Assembly (NCBI GenBank): GCA_963810275.1
Contig: CAWENF010000020.1
Location: 1-64,000, forward strand
From: an uncultured archaeon
Lineage (GTDB): Archaea > Thermoproteota > Bathyarchaeia > Bathyarchaeales > Bathycorpusculaceae
DNA: 64,000 bases
Direction: 5' to 3'
Positions 1 through 10,280 of this stretch are shown here, in pieces (position 1 is the stretch's first letter; each line of letters opens with the position of its first letter). Under the pieces are notes generated by a model that had not been told where the DNA came from, did no database searches, and saw only the letters and a program-made list of their open reading frames with translations. Made by a program: the position numbers and the translations under genes.

Positions 1-481
1 TGGCCAGTTGAATCCCTGAGAGCTTTAAAAAGTGCATAATCATCAAGCCAATTTTGGTTTATGAAACAAAATTCTTCAAAACTACTTTTTCTAGAAAGGA
101 GTTTTGGGGGTTCTCAAGGAAGTTTAAACGGGCTCTCTTTTCCATCAATCCTTTCTTTACTGTTACAAGCTTAAATTCAACCTTACCCGTTGGAACCCTA
201 AGCTCTTTAAGATTTTCTTCAGACAACAAGCCATCTTTGAATAGTTGTACTGGACTTATGAGCAATGTATTTCCAGCAAAGGCAGAAGTCGGTTGATATG
301 GAGAGTTGCCGTATTCTTCAGATGTTGGCATAAGAGGAAGAATACTCCAATAATGCTGGTTTGCGAGACTAAGCAAGTCCACAAAATGATAGCTTTCAGG
401 ACCTAAATCACCGATTCCGAAATCGGATGGCAAAGAACTAACATGAAGAAGAATACCACTAGCCCTTTGCACGTTACTCAT
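1..481 (-). CDS. malQ: 4-alpha-glucanotransferase (GH77 amylomaltase), 5' part; frameshifted near 90-140 and running off the window edge
   Basis: MSNVQRASGILLHVSSLP..GIGDLG..WSILPL..NSPY..SAFAGN is the MalQ N-terminus. The conserved FEEF..NQNWLDDYALFKAL continues in another frame to base 1. Confidence 0.9.
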
Positions 482-3131
482 TAAGAGCGCCATCCTCTAT
501 TAACAGTGCAAACGGGAAAGATTGGAATAGTTCTTCAATGTAAAAGCCCTCTTTTCCATTACTTCGTTGTGAAATCACGGATTTTTCAGAGAAAACGTCA
601 AAACAATCCTTTGAAAAGTTGCTAGGTAGACAGACAAAAGTATCCTTCCAAACTTCACCTAAAGGAAAATTGTCCATACCAGTAATTTTCGCAGAAAAAC
701 GTGGACACACTGTTATTGCAAATTCATCGTTTAGCTTTCTGCAAAATGCAATCACACAATCCCCAAGTTCACCTTCGACTTTTAAGGGAATAAACGCTCC
801 ATCTTGGAAAAGGATTCTTTTTTGCTTCCGTATTTTTAGTGCTCTACTAATGACAAACAACTTTATTTTTCCGGTATCAAAACTTTCTAAGAGCTCAGGG
901 AAGTCTGCTATCTTTAGATCCTGAATTTCCTTAAGATATTTTCGTCTTTTTATATAATCAATGGGACGTCGATTGTCCGGATCAACAAGATTCAAATCCC
1001 AAAGTTCGCATCCCTGATAAAAGTCGGGAACTCCAGGACTTGTTACCTTGATAAGGGTTTGTGAAAGAGAATTTGTAGCACCGCATAACGCGATTTTCTT
1101 GTGGAAAGACAAAAATTCCTGAAGAAAAATGTTAGATTTATCGGGGTAAAGACACAGGGAAACATAACTCGACAGAGCCTGCTCGTAATCGACGTTAGGT
1201 GAAATCCAAGTGCTGTTCTTCTTAGCTTCTCTCACCATTTTTGTCATGTGAAATTCCATTCTTTTTCCAAATTCCGGCAGTTGTTGAATTTCGAATGGAA
1301 AAGCGCCAATTATGCTTTGATAAAAGTAATACTCCTCATTTGAACTTGGAACAAGTTTACTTTTCAACTTTTTCTTTTTATGGAAATTTAGATTTGCCCA
1401 TTTTTCAACCTGTTCTGAAAACATGGAAGGAATCTCACTCAACACGTTTAGTCTTGCACGAGAATCTTCTCCTCTTTTGGTATCATGAGTACTTGTAGCG
1501 TTAAGCGAAAAAGGCCAGAAGTCTTGCCTCGAATCCACAAAGGACTCAAACTTCTCTTTTGTAACTCCAAATTCCTCAAGGTTACCGCCTACCTCACAAA
1601 GAGACAGTAACCGATTGTAAGTGTAAAAAACAGTATCTTCAAGACCTTTAGCCATAACTGCTCCACTGAATTGTTGAAGTCTCATAAACAGCCGTAAAGA
1701 ATCCTCTGAGTTAGAGCTATCTTTCAGCAACAGCTCAATCGCTTCAAAAACTTCAATGCTTTTTTTATTTCTAATTTTTGCTATTTGTAAAGCTTTTTCA
1801 AATTTTTCTCTGTTTAAATCCCGAGGGCTTAGATAGGTTCTATAAACATCAAAAGAGGAAAGTAACTCGACTAATGCAGCTTTTAAAAAATTTTTTTTGT
1901 AATTTTTACCAAATTTTTCTTTTAAGACTTGTTGAAATAGTCTTGTCAAGTTTTTGATGTCCCCTCCAAAATATGTGCGGATTATAGATTTTTTTGCGGC
2001 ACTTAGAATTTTGTCGAGAGATTGCTTTGTTTTGCTAAATTGGCTGTAGAGCCTAGAGAATTCAGCTTGATTTTTTTCTTCCACGAAGAGTCCATTAACT
2101 TTATTTAGAAAATCGTAGCCCGTTGAACCCTGAATTGGCCACGATGCCGGAAGCTTCTCTTCGCCAAGCAAAATTTTTTCCACAATAATATAGGCGTTTG
2201 GGGCTGCCTTTCGGAGTCTATTAAGATACTTTCCAGGATCAAATAATCCATCAATATGATCTACCCTAACCCCCGCAAACTCATTTTCAGATAAATAGTG
2301 AATTATTAACTCATGCGTTGTTTCAAAGGCATTGTCTTGTTCCATCCGTAGGCAAATTAAGTCTATTATGTCAAAAAAACGTCTGTAGTTAATTTCTTTG
2401 AAGGCGCTCTGCCACCTCGCCAAGACGAAGTTTTGCTCAGATATCAATTCTTCCAAAAGACTGTCAGTTGTATTGTATTGTTTCAATATATAAGATAAGT
2501 CACTCCGTAATATTGGATCAGAATCAAAGTTCGATTGCAGTTTTGCCTGAATATTTTTTTTGTCCTTAAATAAAGGCTCGAAAAACTTCGAGTTCTCCAA
2601 GATTCTTTTGTACGAACCGATTTTTACGGGAAATTGCAGGTTGCCATACTCTATTTTGAAACCATTGCTATAGGAGAGTCTAATTTTCCTTTGTCGCATA
2701 CTTTGTTTAAGGTTTTCCGTTAAAAAAGGCGCCAAAACTTTTCCGCGTAGCTTTGGTGAGGGATAATTCCAGTCTACATCCAAGAAATTACGATAAATTG
2801 AGTCTGAACCAAGTGATAGTGTATTCGAAATTAATGGATTGTCTGGAGAGTATGCAACATGGTTAGGAACAATATCTTGAATCCACCCTAGCCCCAAAGA
2901 AGTAGCCTCCCTCATTAAAACATCAAACGCTGCGGAGCCGCCTAATTCTTCATTGATTTGATTTGAATCTAATATATCATAACCGTGGGTGCTTCCGGGG
3001 CGTGCTTTAAAGATAGGGGATGAGTAAACATGGGAGATCCCAAGATTTTCCAAAAAAGGGAGCACATTTTTAAGTTTTTCAAAACCAAATCCACTGTTAA
3101 GTTGGATCCGATAAGTAGCAGTAGGAATCAA
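474..3131 (-). CDS. treY: malto-oligosyltrehalose synthase (GH13)
   Basis: IPTATYRIQ, GSTHGYD, DIVPNH, INYRRFFDI, RVDHIDGL, IVEKIL, STHDTKRGED, LVDPDNRRPIDY; likely TTG start at 3131. Confidence 0.95.
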   Translation of the reverse strand: MIPTATYRIQLNSGFGFEKLKNVLPFLENLGISHVYSSPIFKARPGSTHGYDILDSNQINEELGGSAAFDVLMREATSLGLGWIQDIVPNHVAYSPDNPLISNTLSLGSDSIYRNFLDVDWNYPSPKLRGKVLAPFLTENLKQSMRQRKIRLSYSNGFKIEYGNLQFPVKIGSYKRILENSKFFEPLFKDKKNIQAKLQSNFDSDPILRSDLSYILKQYNTTDSLLEELISEQNFVLARWQSAFKEINYRRFFDIIDLICLRMEQDNAFETTHELIIHYLSENEFAGVRVDHIDGLFDPGKYLNRLRKAAPNAYIIVEKILLGEEKLPASWPIQGSTGYDFLNKVNGLFVEEKNQAEFSRLYSQFSKTKQSLDKILSAAKKSIIRTYFGGDIKNLTRLFQQVLKEKFGKNYKKNFLKAALVELLSSFDVYRTYLSPRDLNREKFEKALQIAKIRNKKSIEVFEAIELLLKDSSNSEDSLRLFMRLQQFSGAVMAKGLEDTVFYTYNRLLSLCEVGGNLEEFGVTKEKFESFVDSRQDFWPFSLNATSTHDTKRGEDSRARLNVLSEIPSMFSEQVEKWANLNFHKKKKLKSKLVPSSNEEYYFYQSIIGAFPFEIQQLPEFGKRMEFHMTKMVREAKKNSTWISPNVDYEQALSSYVSLCLYPDKSNIFLQEFLSFHKKIALCGATNSLSQTLIKVTSPGVPDFYQGCELWDLNLVDPDNRRPIDYIKRRKYLKEIQDLKIADFPELLESFDTGKIKLFVISRALKIRKQKRILFQDGAFIPLKVEGELGDCVIAFCRKLNDEFAITVCPRFSAKITGMDNFPLGEVWKDTFVCLPSNFSKDCFDVFSEKSVISQRSNGKEGFYIEELFQSFPFALLIEDGALNE

Positions 3132-3133
3132 TC

Positions 3134-5566
3134 TTAATCCAGCCTTATTCCGATTAAGTTGCATAATTTCCGATAAGCCAAAACCCAAGATTTAGAAAAA
3201 TCATCCTGTTTATCGCTAAGCGTTTTATATTTATTTTCAGTAATGTTAAAAGCTATGTTTTGTATTTGCCAAAGCTCCAGAGTAAGGGGCAGCTCTTTCA
3301 AAGCTACCAAAAAATCTTCAATTTTTTCAATTTGGCGGATATCCGGCGGATTAACGCTCACATTGTGCAATTCCTTAACTATTTTTTTGCTTGCTTCGTA
3401 AGCTATTTGATTTAAATCCAAGGTTATATCGAAGCGTTTAGATTCTTCCACAATGCCATGAAATGCCTCTGTATTTATTTCTGGGCTTAAAAGCAATTTT
3501 TTTATTTGATCATTTATGGCGATTTCTGCAGCAACTTCAAATGGTTTAGGTGAGGGAATGTTGATTTCATTTAAGAAATGCAGTAGCGCAGAGTTGTCAC
3601 GATAAATGATTTCATATAATTTTGTAGCATTTTCTAATGCTTCTTGAAAAATTGAGTTTACAATTCGTATTTGTTCATCTCGAAAAACATCCTTAAGCGA
3701 GTAAGTGTTCTCGAAATATTTTGGCAATAAAAGAATAGTTTCATTAATTTCTCCTTTGTCAAAGCTTGATAAGAGTTCATCTGTAATCAACTTAAATTTT
3801 TCTTCATTGAACAAGGGTTTTACTCCGCATGAAACGTTATGGTCCCCAAGCCATATTGCAACACAGGCAAAGGTTGCTTCATCTAAGGTTATTTGTGATG
3901 TTGTAGTCGTCTGACTAATAACTAACCTAAATTTTCCAGCATCATGTTTTTTTATTTCCTTGTCAGCGATAATGAAGCAACAGCCATATCGCTGTTTGGT
4001 TTGAGAGTCTGGGCCTTGTTTTGAAAACAGGCTTAGAATTGTGCCTTGCGCCGTTATTTTTTCAAGATCCGCAACATTTTTTTTAACCAAAAGATTGTAA
4101 ATAAAGGCGCCGTTTTTAAAATCAGGAATGTTGCTTGGTGCATCCTCAAGAAATTTAAGGTATCCATCCTCAAGCTCCAAACCCAGAACTTGTTTTGCAA
4201 GCTGCATTGCCCTGGCAGCGTACTTCATTACTTGAACTGTCTCTATGCCGGATATTTCATCGAAAAACCAACCACAACTAGTAAACATTAACATTGCTTG
4301 TCTTTGCATCTCAAGAAGCTTTATAACTCGTTTTTTTTCATCTTCGGTCAATTCTTTCCGCATATGATCAGCTAAAAAATATTCAACATTTTCTCGCGAT
4401 CTATCAAGAACCACATAAATGTAATCGTTCCGTGCCAACCAAGAATCTTTAAGATATTTTACGATTTCAGTTTCGAAAATTGGAGCTATCCCATCTCGCA
4501 GCCAATCCATTCCTGCCCTGAGGGGTTTTCTCCAAGGTTGTTTCCAGCCAGGATGGCCGGTATTATCTCCACAGTCATTTCTCCACCTTTCGATTCCATG
4601 AGAACAACTCCATGACGTATTTTCCTGAATCTCAACCTCGAATTCAGGAAGATGTCCTTCAAGAAACTCGCCATAATTTGTTATTTTAGCTAAATTTCGG
4701 GACTCAATATAATATAGTCCATACGCTAAGGTCATATCGCCATGAGGATGGTGGTGACCATAAATTTCTCCATCCGTCGCCAAGCTAACTAGTTCATCAA
4801 CCTCCTTATTAGAATCTTTAAAAGCCTCAATTATTTTACTTGCAAAAAATTCACCGTTTGACAAGAGATTTCCAAACGCTGCAGAAGAAGAAAGAAACTT
4901 GTCAAAGAAAAACAGGTTAATACTTTTTCCAGAAGGAAACTTTAATAAATATGGTCGTCTTGGGTCAATTTTCCCTCCTTTTACATCTATCCAATCTGTT
5001 TCACCAATGTGTCTTATTCTCGATGCTTGATGTGGTGCCAGGATAGTGAATTTTATTTTGTTCTCAGCCAAAATTTCAAGAGTCTCGAGGTCAACAGCTG
5101 TTTCAGGCAGCCACATTCCCTCGGGATAGCGTCTAAAACGGTTTTCGAAGTCTCTAATTCCCCAAACAACCTGCGTCTGCTTGTCCCGTTTATTAGCCAA
5201 GGGCATTATCATGTGGTTGTAGACTTGGGCAATCGCCGAACCATGTCCTGAAAATTTTTTTGCACTTTCTATGTCGGCATGTAAAATCGATTCATAAATC
5301 TTGGGATCCTGTTTCTCAAGCCAATAAAGAAGCGTAGGACCAAAATTGAAGCTGATTTTCGAATAATTGTTAACCTCAGCAATTATTCTCCAGTCGGGAT
5401 CCATTATTCGAGAAAACGAATTAGGCGCGTAACATTCAGCGGTAACCCGCGCATTCCAATCATGATAAGGTTGTGCTGAATTTTGAAATTCAACTTCCTC
5501 AATCCAAGGATTTTCTCTCGGCGGTTGATAAAAATGACCATGAATACAAACATATTTTTCAGGCAT
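3134..5566 (-). CDS. GH57 family glycoside hydrolase with DUF3536 domain
   Basis: CIHGHFYQPPRENPW, GMWLPETAVD, ATDGEIYGHH, SWSCSHGIERW, MFTSCGWFFDEISGIE; ATG at 5566 overlaps the treZ stop. Confidence 0.9.
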   Translation of the reverse strand: MPEKYVCIHGHFYQPPRENPWIEEVEFQNSAQPYHDWNARVTAECYAPNSFSRIMDPDWRIIAEVNNYSKISFNFGPTLLYWLEKQDPKIYESILHADIESAKKFSGHGSAIAQVYNHMIMPLANKRDKQTQVVWGIRDFENRFRRYPEGMWLPETAVDLETLEILAENKIKFTILAPHQASRIRHIGETDWIDVKGGKIDPRRPYLLKFPSGKSINLFFFDKFLSSSAAFGNLLSNGEFFASKIIEAFKDSNKEVDELVSLATDGEIYGHHHPHGDMTLAYGLYYIESRNLAKITNYGEFLEGHLPEFEVEIQENTSWSCSHGIERWRNDCGDNTGHPGWKQPWRKPLRAGMDWLRDGIAPIFETEIVKYLKDSWLARNDYIYVVLDRSRENVEYFLADHMRKELTEDEKKRVIKLLEMQRQAMLMFTSCGWFFDEISGIETVQVMKYAARAMQLAKQVLGLELEDGYLKFLEDAPSNIPDFKNGAFIYNLLVKKNVADLEKITAQGTILSLFSKQGPDSQTKQRYGCCFIIADKEIKKHDAGKFRLVISQTTTTSQITLDEATFACVAIWLGDHNVSCGVKPLFNEEKFKLITDELLSSFDKGEINETILLLPKYFENTYSLKDVFRDEQIRIVNSIFQEALENATKLYEIIYRDNSALLHFLNEINIPSPKPFEVAAEIAINDQIKKLLLSPEINTEAFHGIVEESKRFDITLDLNQIAYEASKKIVKELHNVSVNPPDIRQIEKIEDFLVALKELPLTLELWQIQNIAFNITENKYKTLSDKQDDFSKSWVLAYRKLCNLIGIRLD

Positions 5567-7386
5567 AACTTTTCTTCCTTGATGCTTCATAAACCGCAAT
5601 ACTAAAAGGGCAGATAACATGAGCTTCCCCCTGCTTTGTGTTTTCAGGCAAAAACGATCCCGGACCAGCCCAATCAGTTTCTGCAGAATCCAAAATTTTC
5701 ACATAACCCTCCCCCTTGCATGGAAAAGAGTATTTTTGGCTACTTTTGCTAAAATTAACGATAACAATAATTGCAACTGCACTAAATTCTCTTTGAAAAA
5801 TCAATAGAGATTTGGCTTTCATAACAAAAAACTTTGATCTCTTCTTGTCAAAATCCCCTTTGCAGCATTCACTCCGTAAAAGTATAAGCTTTTGATAATA
5901 AGCCAACACCTTTTTTCCAACAAACGAAGTCCTTTTTTGCCAATGAAGTTTTGAATCGGAAAATGTCGACATTTCTTGTGGATCACGTGTATTTTTTTTC
6001 CAACCATTTTGCCTGAGTTCCTTTTTCCTTCCTGCAAATACCTCCTTCTTCAACTGTTCATCTGTGTAGTCTGTAAAAAAAAGAAAAGGTGAATCCTCTC
6101 CATATTCTTCGCCCATAAAAAGTAGGGGAGTGAATGGAGAGAGCAAAGAAAGTCCAGCAGCAAGTTTTGCTGCTTCAAGACCCGCCAGAACGATTAACCG
6201 CTTGCCCAAAGGTCTGTTACCGATTTGATCATGATTTTGTGAAAAAACCACCAATTTACTTGAATTTAAACAATGTTGCTTTAAATTTTTTGATAATTCT
6301 TTAGTTGCCTCTGTATTGATGACGCAATTTACTCTTAGAGACTGAACAACACCATTGATGTCACCAAATGAAGAATAATACCAGTTTGTATCACCAGTTA
6401 AAATCGAATGAATTGAATGATGAAAATCATCATGCCAAACTGCATCTAAACCATAGCCACCTTTGCTTCGGCGCCTAAGTAACTTAGCTTCGACCCGATC
6501 ATTTTCTGCAATAAGAACATATTTCCGCGAATTTGACTCAGAAAGAGTCTCCACTTTTTCAGAAAGTTCTTTCAAGAAATGTTTGGAGCTTCTATCAATT
6601 ATGGCAAAAACCGCATCTAACCTTAATCCATCAAAATGATATTTCTCAAGCCAGTAGAGTGCATTTTCAATAAAATAATTCCTAACTTGAGCGCTGAATT
6701 TTTCATCAAAATTTACTGATGCCCCCCAAGGGGTTAACCTATTCGGAAGAGAATAAGGACCATACTCATTCAGAAAATTTCCTTCGGGTCCAAAATGGTT
6801 ATAGACGACGTCAAGAATCACAGCAATTTTTTTTGAATGAAATTCTTTTACTAGTTTCTTTAATTCGTCAGGTCCCCCATATGTATTTTGAACTGCAAAA
6901 GGGAAAGCAATGTCATAGCCCCAATTTCTTGAACCTGAAAATTGTGAAACAGGCATTAATTCGACAGCGTTAACCCCAATTTCAGCCAAATCAGAGGCTC
7001 TTTTTGCGGCTCCAGCAAAAGTACCTTCTTCACTAAAAGTGCCCACATGCAACTCGTACATGATCATATCTTGGAGCTTAATATTTTGCCTAATACTATC
7101 TTCCTCCCACTCAAACGAGGAATTGGTCTACCACCGATGAATACCCGAAAACCCCCTGCGGTTGAATATGCGAAGCTGGATCTGGCAATAAATGGTCTTT
7201 GAGACGAAACATGTATTTCGTATCAGGTTTAACACCATCTACAGATAATCGCCAGTATCCAGATTCCTCCATATTCATCTTTAGGTCTTGATTTTCTTCG
7301 GGTAAAACTAAACTAAGTTGAGTTTGATTTGGAGCCCACACTACAAATTCGGTTTTATCTTTAGAAAAATAGGGACCAAATGTCAT
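5559..7386 (-). CDS. treZ: malto-oligosyltrehalose trehalohydrolase; split by a one-base frameshift near 7120
   Basis: N-terminal ORF 7111-7386 (FVVWAP..PDPAS..QPQGVFG) plus 5559-7067 (YELHVGTF, RNWGYD, DGLRLDAV, IAEND, QNHDQIGNR). The bridging SSFEWEED lies in the downstream frame. Confidence 0.9.
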
Positions 7387-7538
7387 GTTCTCACAAAAAT
7401 TTTAACTCAGATATCCAAAGCTAAGCTCTTGGCTTTCCTTTTTCGAAATATCTTAAAAGTTGGACAAACATTATTTACTTGAATTCAGAGATATTAATTT
7501 GTTTCTCTCTTTATTCAAATGCCTTTTGAGGTTTTTTT

Positions 7539-8768
7539 ATGCTTAGAGTAGAAAAGCTACGAAAAATCAACATTGACGATTACATCCCCATAGTTGGAGA
7601 GGATATTGTCAACTCAGTGAAAGCCTTAGCCGAAAAACTGAAAGGAAAATCGGTTACTCATGTAAATTCAACGCCAGCAGGGGGCGGGGTTGCTGAGCTA
7701 CTTGAAAACTTGGTTCCAATAATGAGAGACATTGGGATAGATGTCCATTGGGAAGTAATCAATGGGTCGTTTGATTTTTTTAATGTAACAAAAAAAATTC
7801 ACAATGCCCTGCAAGGGATGCCTTTAGAGTTAACTGAGGATGACATCCGCATCTATTTAGAATACAATAGAATGAATAGTGAATCAACAATTTTAAACAC
7901 TGATTTTGTAGTAATACACGACAACCAACCAGCAGCAATGATCAAGTTTCTCCCAGTAAAAAACGAAAAATGGATATGGCGATGCCACGTCGATCTTTCA
8001 ACTCCAAATCTAACGGTTTGGAACTTTCTTGAACCCTACATCAGCCAATACGACGCAACAATTTTCACCTGTGAAAAATATGTTATGCCGAGTCTTAAAG
8101 TCCCCAAAGTATACGTAAGAGCTCCTTCAATTGACCCTTTAAGCGACAAAAATAAAGAACTCACACAAGACCAAGTTCTCGAAGTTTTAAACAGATACGG
8201 CGTAAACCCGGAAAAACCAATTATAACACAGGTTGCGCGTTTCGACCCTTGGAAAGACCCTCTAGGCGCAATTGATGTCTATAGGCTTGTTAAAAAAACG
8301 GTTCCTGAGGTTCAGTTGCTTTTGATAGCTGGAATGGCTAAAGATGATCCTGAAGGTTGGATATATTTTGAAAAAACCGCAAGGCACGCTGGAGATGACA
8401 AAGACATCCACTTGTTAACCGATTTTAAAGGCGTCCGAGACTTTGAAGTTAACGCTTTTCAAAGAGCCTCCAATGTGATGCTACAAATGTCAACTCGAGA
8501 AGGTTTCGGCCTAACCGTTACAGAATCACTTTGGAAAGGAGTACCTGTAATTGGCCGAAACGTGGGAGGGATTCCACTCCAAGTGGTTAATGACGAAAAT
8601 GGTTACCTTGTCAATGAAGTTGACGAGGCAGCAGAAAAAACAACCTACCTGTTAAACCACCCAGAAAAAGTAAAAGAGATGGGACTAAAAGGAAAAGAGC
8701 GCATTAAAGGTAATTTTCTAATAGTTAACGACTTGAAAGACTACCTAAAAATTTTCAACGAAATCTAA
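7539..8768 (+). CDS. treT: trehalose synthase TreT-type glycosyltransferase (GT4)
   Basis: HVNSTPAGGGVAELL, KKIHNALQG, WIWRCHVDLS, RFDPWKDP, DDPEG, EGFGLTVTESLWKG; divergent from the treZ cluster. Confidence 0.88.
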   Translation: MLRVEKLRKINIDDYIPIVGEDIVNSVKALAEKLKGKSVTHVNSTPAGGGVAELLENLVPIMRDIGIDVHWEVINGSFDFFNVTKKIHNALQGMPLELTEDDIRIYLEYNRMNSESTILNTDFVVIHDNQPAAMIKFLPVKNEKWIWRCHVDLSTPNLTVWNFLEPYISQYDATIFTCEKYVMPSLKVPKVYVRAPSIDPLSDKNKELTQDQVLEVLNRYGVNPEKPIITQVARFDPWKDPLGAIDVYRLVKKTVPEVQLLLIAGMAKDDPEGWIYFEKTARHAGDDKDIHLLTDFKGVRDFEVNAFQRASNVMLQMSTREGFGLTVTESLWKGVPVIGRNVGGIPLQVVNDENGYLVNEVDEAAEKTTYLLNHPEKVKEMGLKGKERIKGNFLIVNDLKDYLKIFNEI

Positions 8769-9414
8769 AGATAAGACTAGCACACGTATTCTTATCAAGA
8801 TATAGATAAGATAGCTGAATCGTATAAGGTAGCTTTGAAGGCAAGATTACCAAGTGGAAAATATTCAGCGATGTTTTTGAATAATTTCTATAGATTACGA
8901 TATGGAAGACTTAATCATCGTATCTTTTTAGATAAAGTGACCCCTCATGTTTTTTCTTAACAGAACGGACGGATGTTTTATCAGTTACCTGTTCTTCGTC
9001 GATTGAGCGCTCGGCAGAATCACTTCTAGAGTTCTCTGTAATGGGATATCCCCCCAATTTAATGGAGGAAAAATGTATTTCTGTATTTGTGGTATTTCTA
9101 ATGAAACAACAAAAAACTCTACGATTGTAAGCAGCTTGACTCTTAGGTTAGTTCTCAACGTATTCTCTAGCATATTTTCGCATGTTAGAAGCCTGAGAAA
9201 CGTTAACGCTTACACGTTAACATAGTTTCCCAGACATTGCCGTCTGAGTAACTCTGAGTTTTCATCCCGCTAAGTCAATTTAATGCCTTCTCATCATCCG
9301 GCAACAACTAACAGTGTAAGCAAAAATAAAAGCATGATCCATTCAAACGTCACTTCAACACGAGATATGCTTTTATTTTCCGCAAAACAATTTAGGGGTA
9401 AGGAGTGGAACTCT

Positions 9415-9987
9415 ATGGATTTTAATGGAAGTCAAACCGAAAAGAATCTCCTCGCTGCATTCGCAGGAGAATCACAAGCACGTAATCGCTACACATTCTT
9501 TGCATCTGCTGCCAAAAAAGAGGGCTACGAACAAATCGCAGCAATCTTCGAGGAGACAGCTGGAAACGAGAAAGAACACGCAGAGCTGTTTTTTAAGCAC
9601 TTAAAAGGAGGCATGGTTGAAATCACCGCCGCATACCCAGCAGGTGTGATCTCCACAACAGCAGACAACCTCAAAGCTGCAGCGGAAGGCGAAAAACTAG
9701 AGTGGGGCACGCTGTACCCTGATTTTGGTGACGTCGCCGAAAAAGAGGGGTTCAAAGACGTGGCCGCTACGTTCCGCATGGTTGCCAAAGTGGAGGTGTA
9801 CCATGAACGCCGCTACAACAAACTACTGGAAAACGTCAAGGCAGAAAAAGTTTTCAAAAAAGACCAACCGACTAAATGGAAATGTAGAAACTGTGGCTAC
9901 GTTTTTGAGGGCCAAAACGTGCCTGACAAGTGCCCAGTATGCGCTCACCCGAAGGCATACTTTGAGGTTTGGATGGAAAACTACTAA
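9415..9987 (+). CDS. rbr: rubrerythrin
   Basis: AFAGESQARNRY, EKEHA, EVYHERRY, and a C-terminal rubredoxin domain CRNCG..CPVC. ATG 9415 follows the SD-like AGGAGTGG. Confidence 0.95.
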   Translation: MDFNGSQTEKNLLAAFAGESQARNRYTFFASAAKKEGYEQIAAIFEETAGNEKEHAELFFKHLKGGMVEITAAYPAGVISTTADNLKAAAEGEKLEWGTLYPDFGDVAEKEGFKDVAATFRMVAKVEVYHERRYNKLLENVKAEKVFKKDQPTKWKCRNCGYVFEGQNVPDKCPVCAHPKAYFEVWMENY

Positions 9988-10090
9988 CTCCATCCTTTTA
10001 TTACTTAAAAACAGGCTTTGGGCAGTTTCTTGTTACCCAACCAGCAACACCTATTATTTATGTTAAAAGAAATAGATTTACGACAACAGT

Positions 10091-10270
10091 TTACTCGTCG
10101 CCGTAGCCATGCTCCAATCTACCATGAGTCTTCTCGTAGTTCTGTTTATGAGCAGCCGAGTTTGTGCCAAACGCATCCATATGCCGCTTCAAGTCAGCCT
10201 CAGTAAAAAACAGAGCCGGACAGTGGCTGCAGCGTATGTAGCGATTATTGTCGTTTTGCTGCTCTGTCAT
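10091..10270 (-). CDS. 59-aa C2H2-like zinc-finger microprotein (not in ORF track)
   Basis: Manual translation MTEQQNDNNRYIRCSHCPALFFTEADLKRHMDAFGTNSAAHKQNYEKTHGRLEHGYGDE; ATG 10 nt after the ileS stop with GAGG upstream. Confidence 0.7.
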   Translation of the reverse strand: MTEQQNDNNRYIRCSHCPALFFTEADLKRHMDAFGTNSAAHKQNYEKTHGRLEHGYGDE

Positions 10271-10280
10271 ATCGTTCGCC

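Noticed and set aside
7105-7120. Programmed +1 frameshift at GTT-TGA (prfB-like), seen at the ends of both the treZ and NDP-sugar upstream ORFs
   Set aside because: In the NDP-sugar gene the conserved GY..W precedes the GTT-TGA in the +1 frame, so the shift is upstream of it. The motif arises trivially from F-E/F-D codons read out of frame.
9283-9414. N-terminal extension of rubrerythrin in the ORF track
   Set aside because: Homology starts at MDFNGSQTEKNL, and the extension overlaps TATA/SD-like signals.
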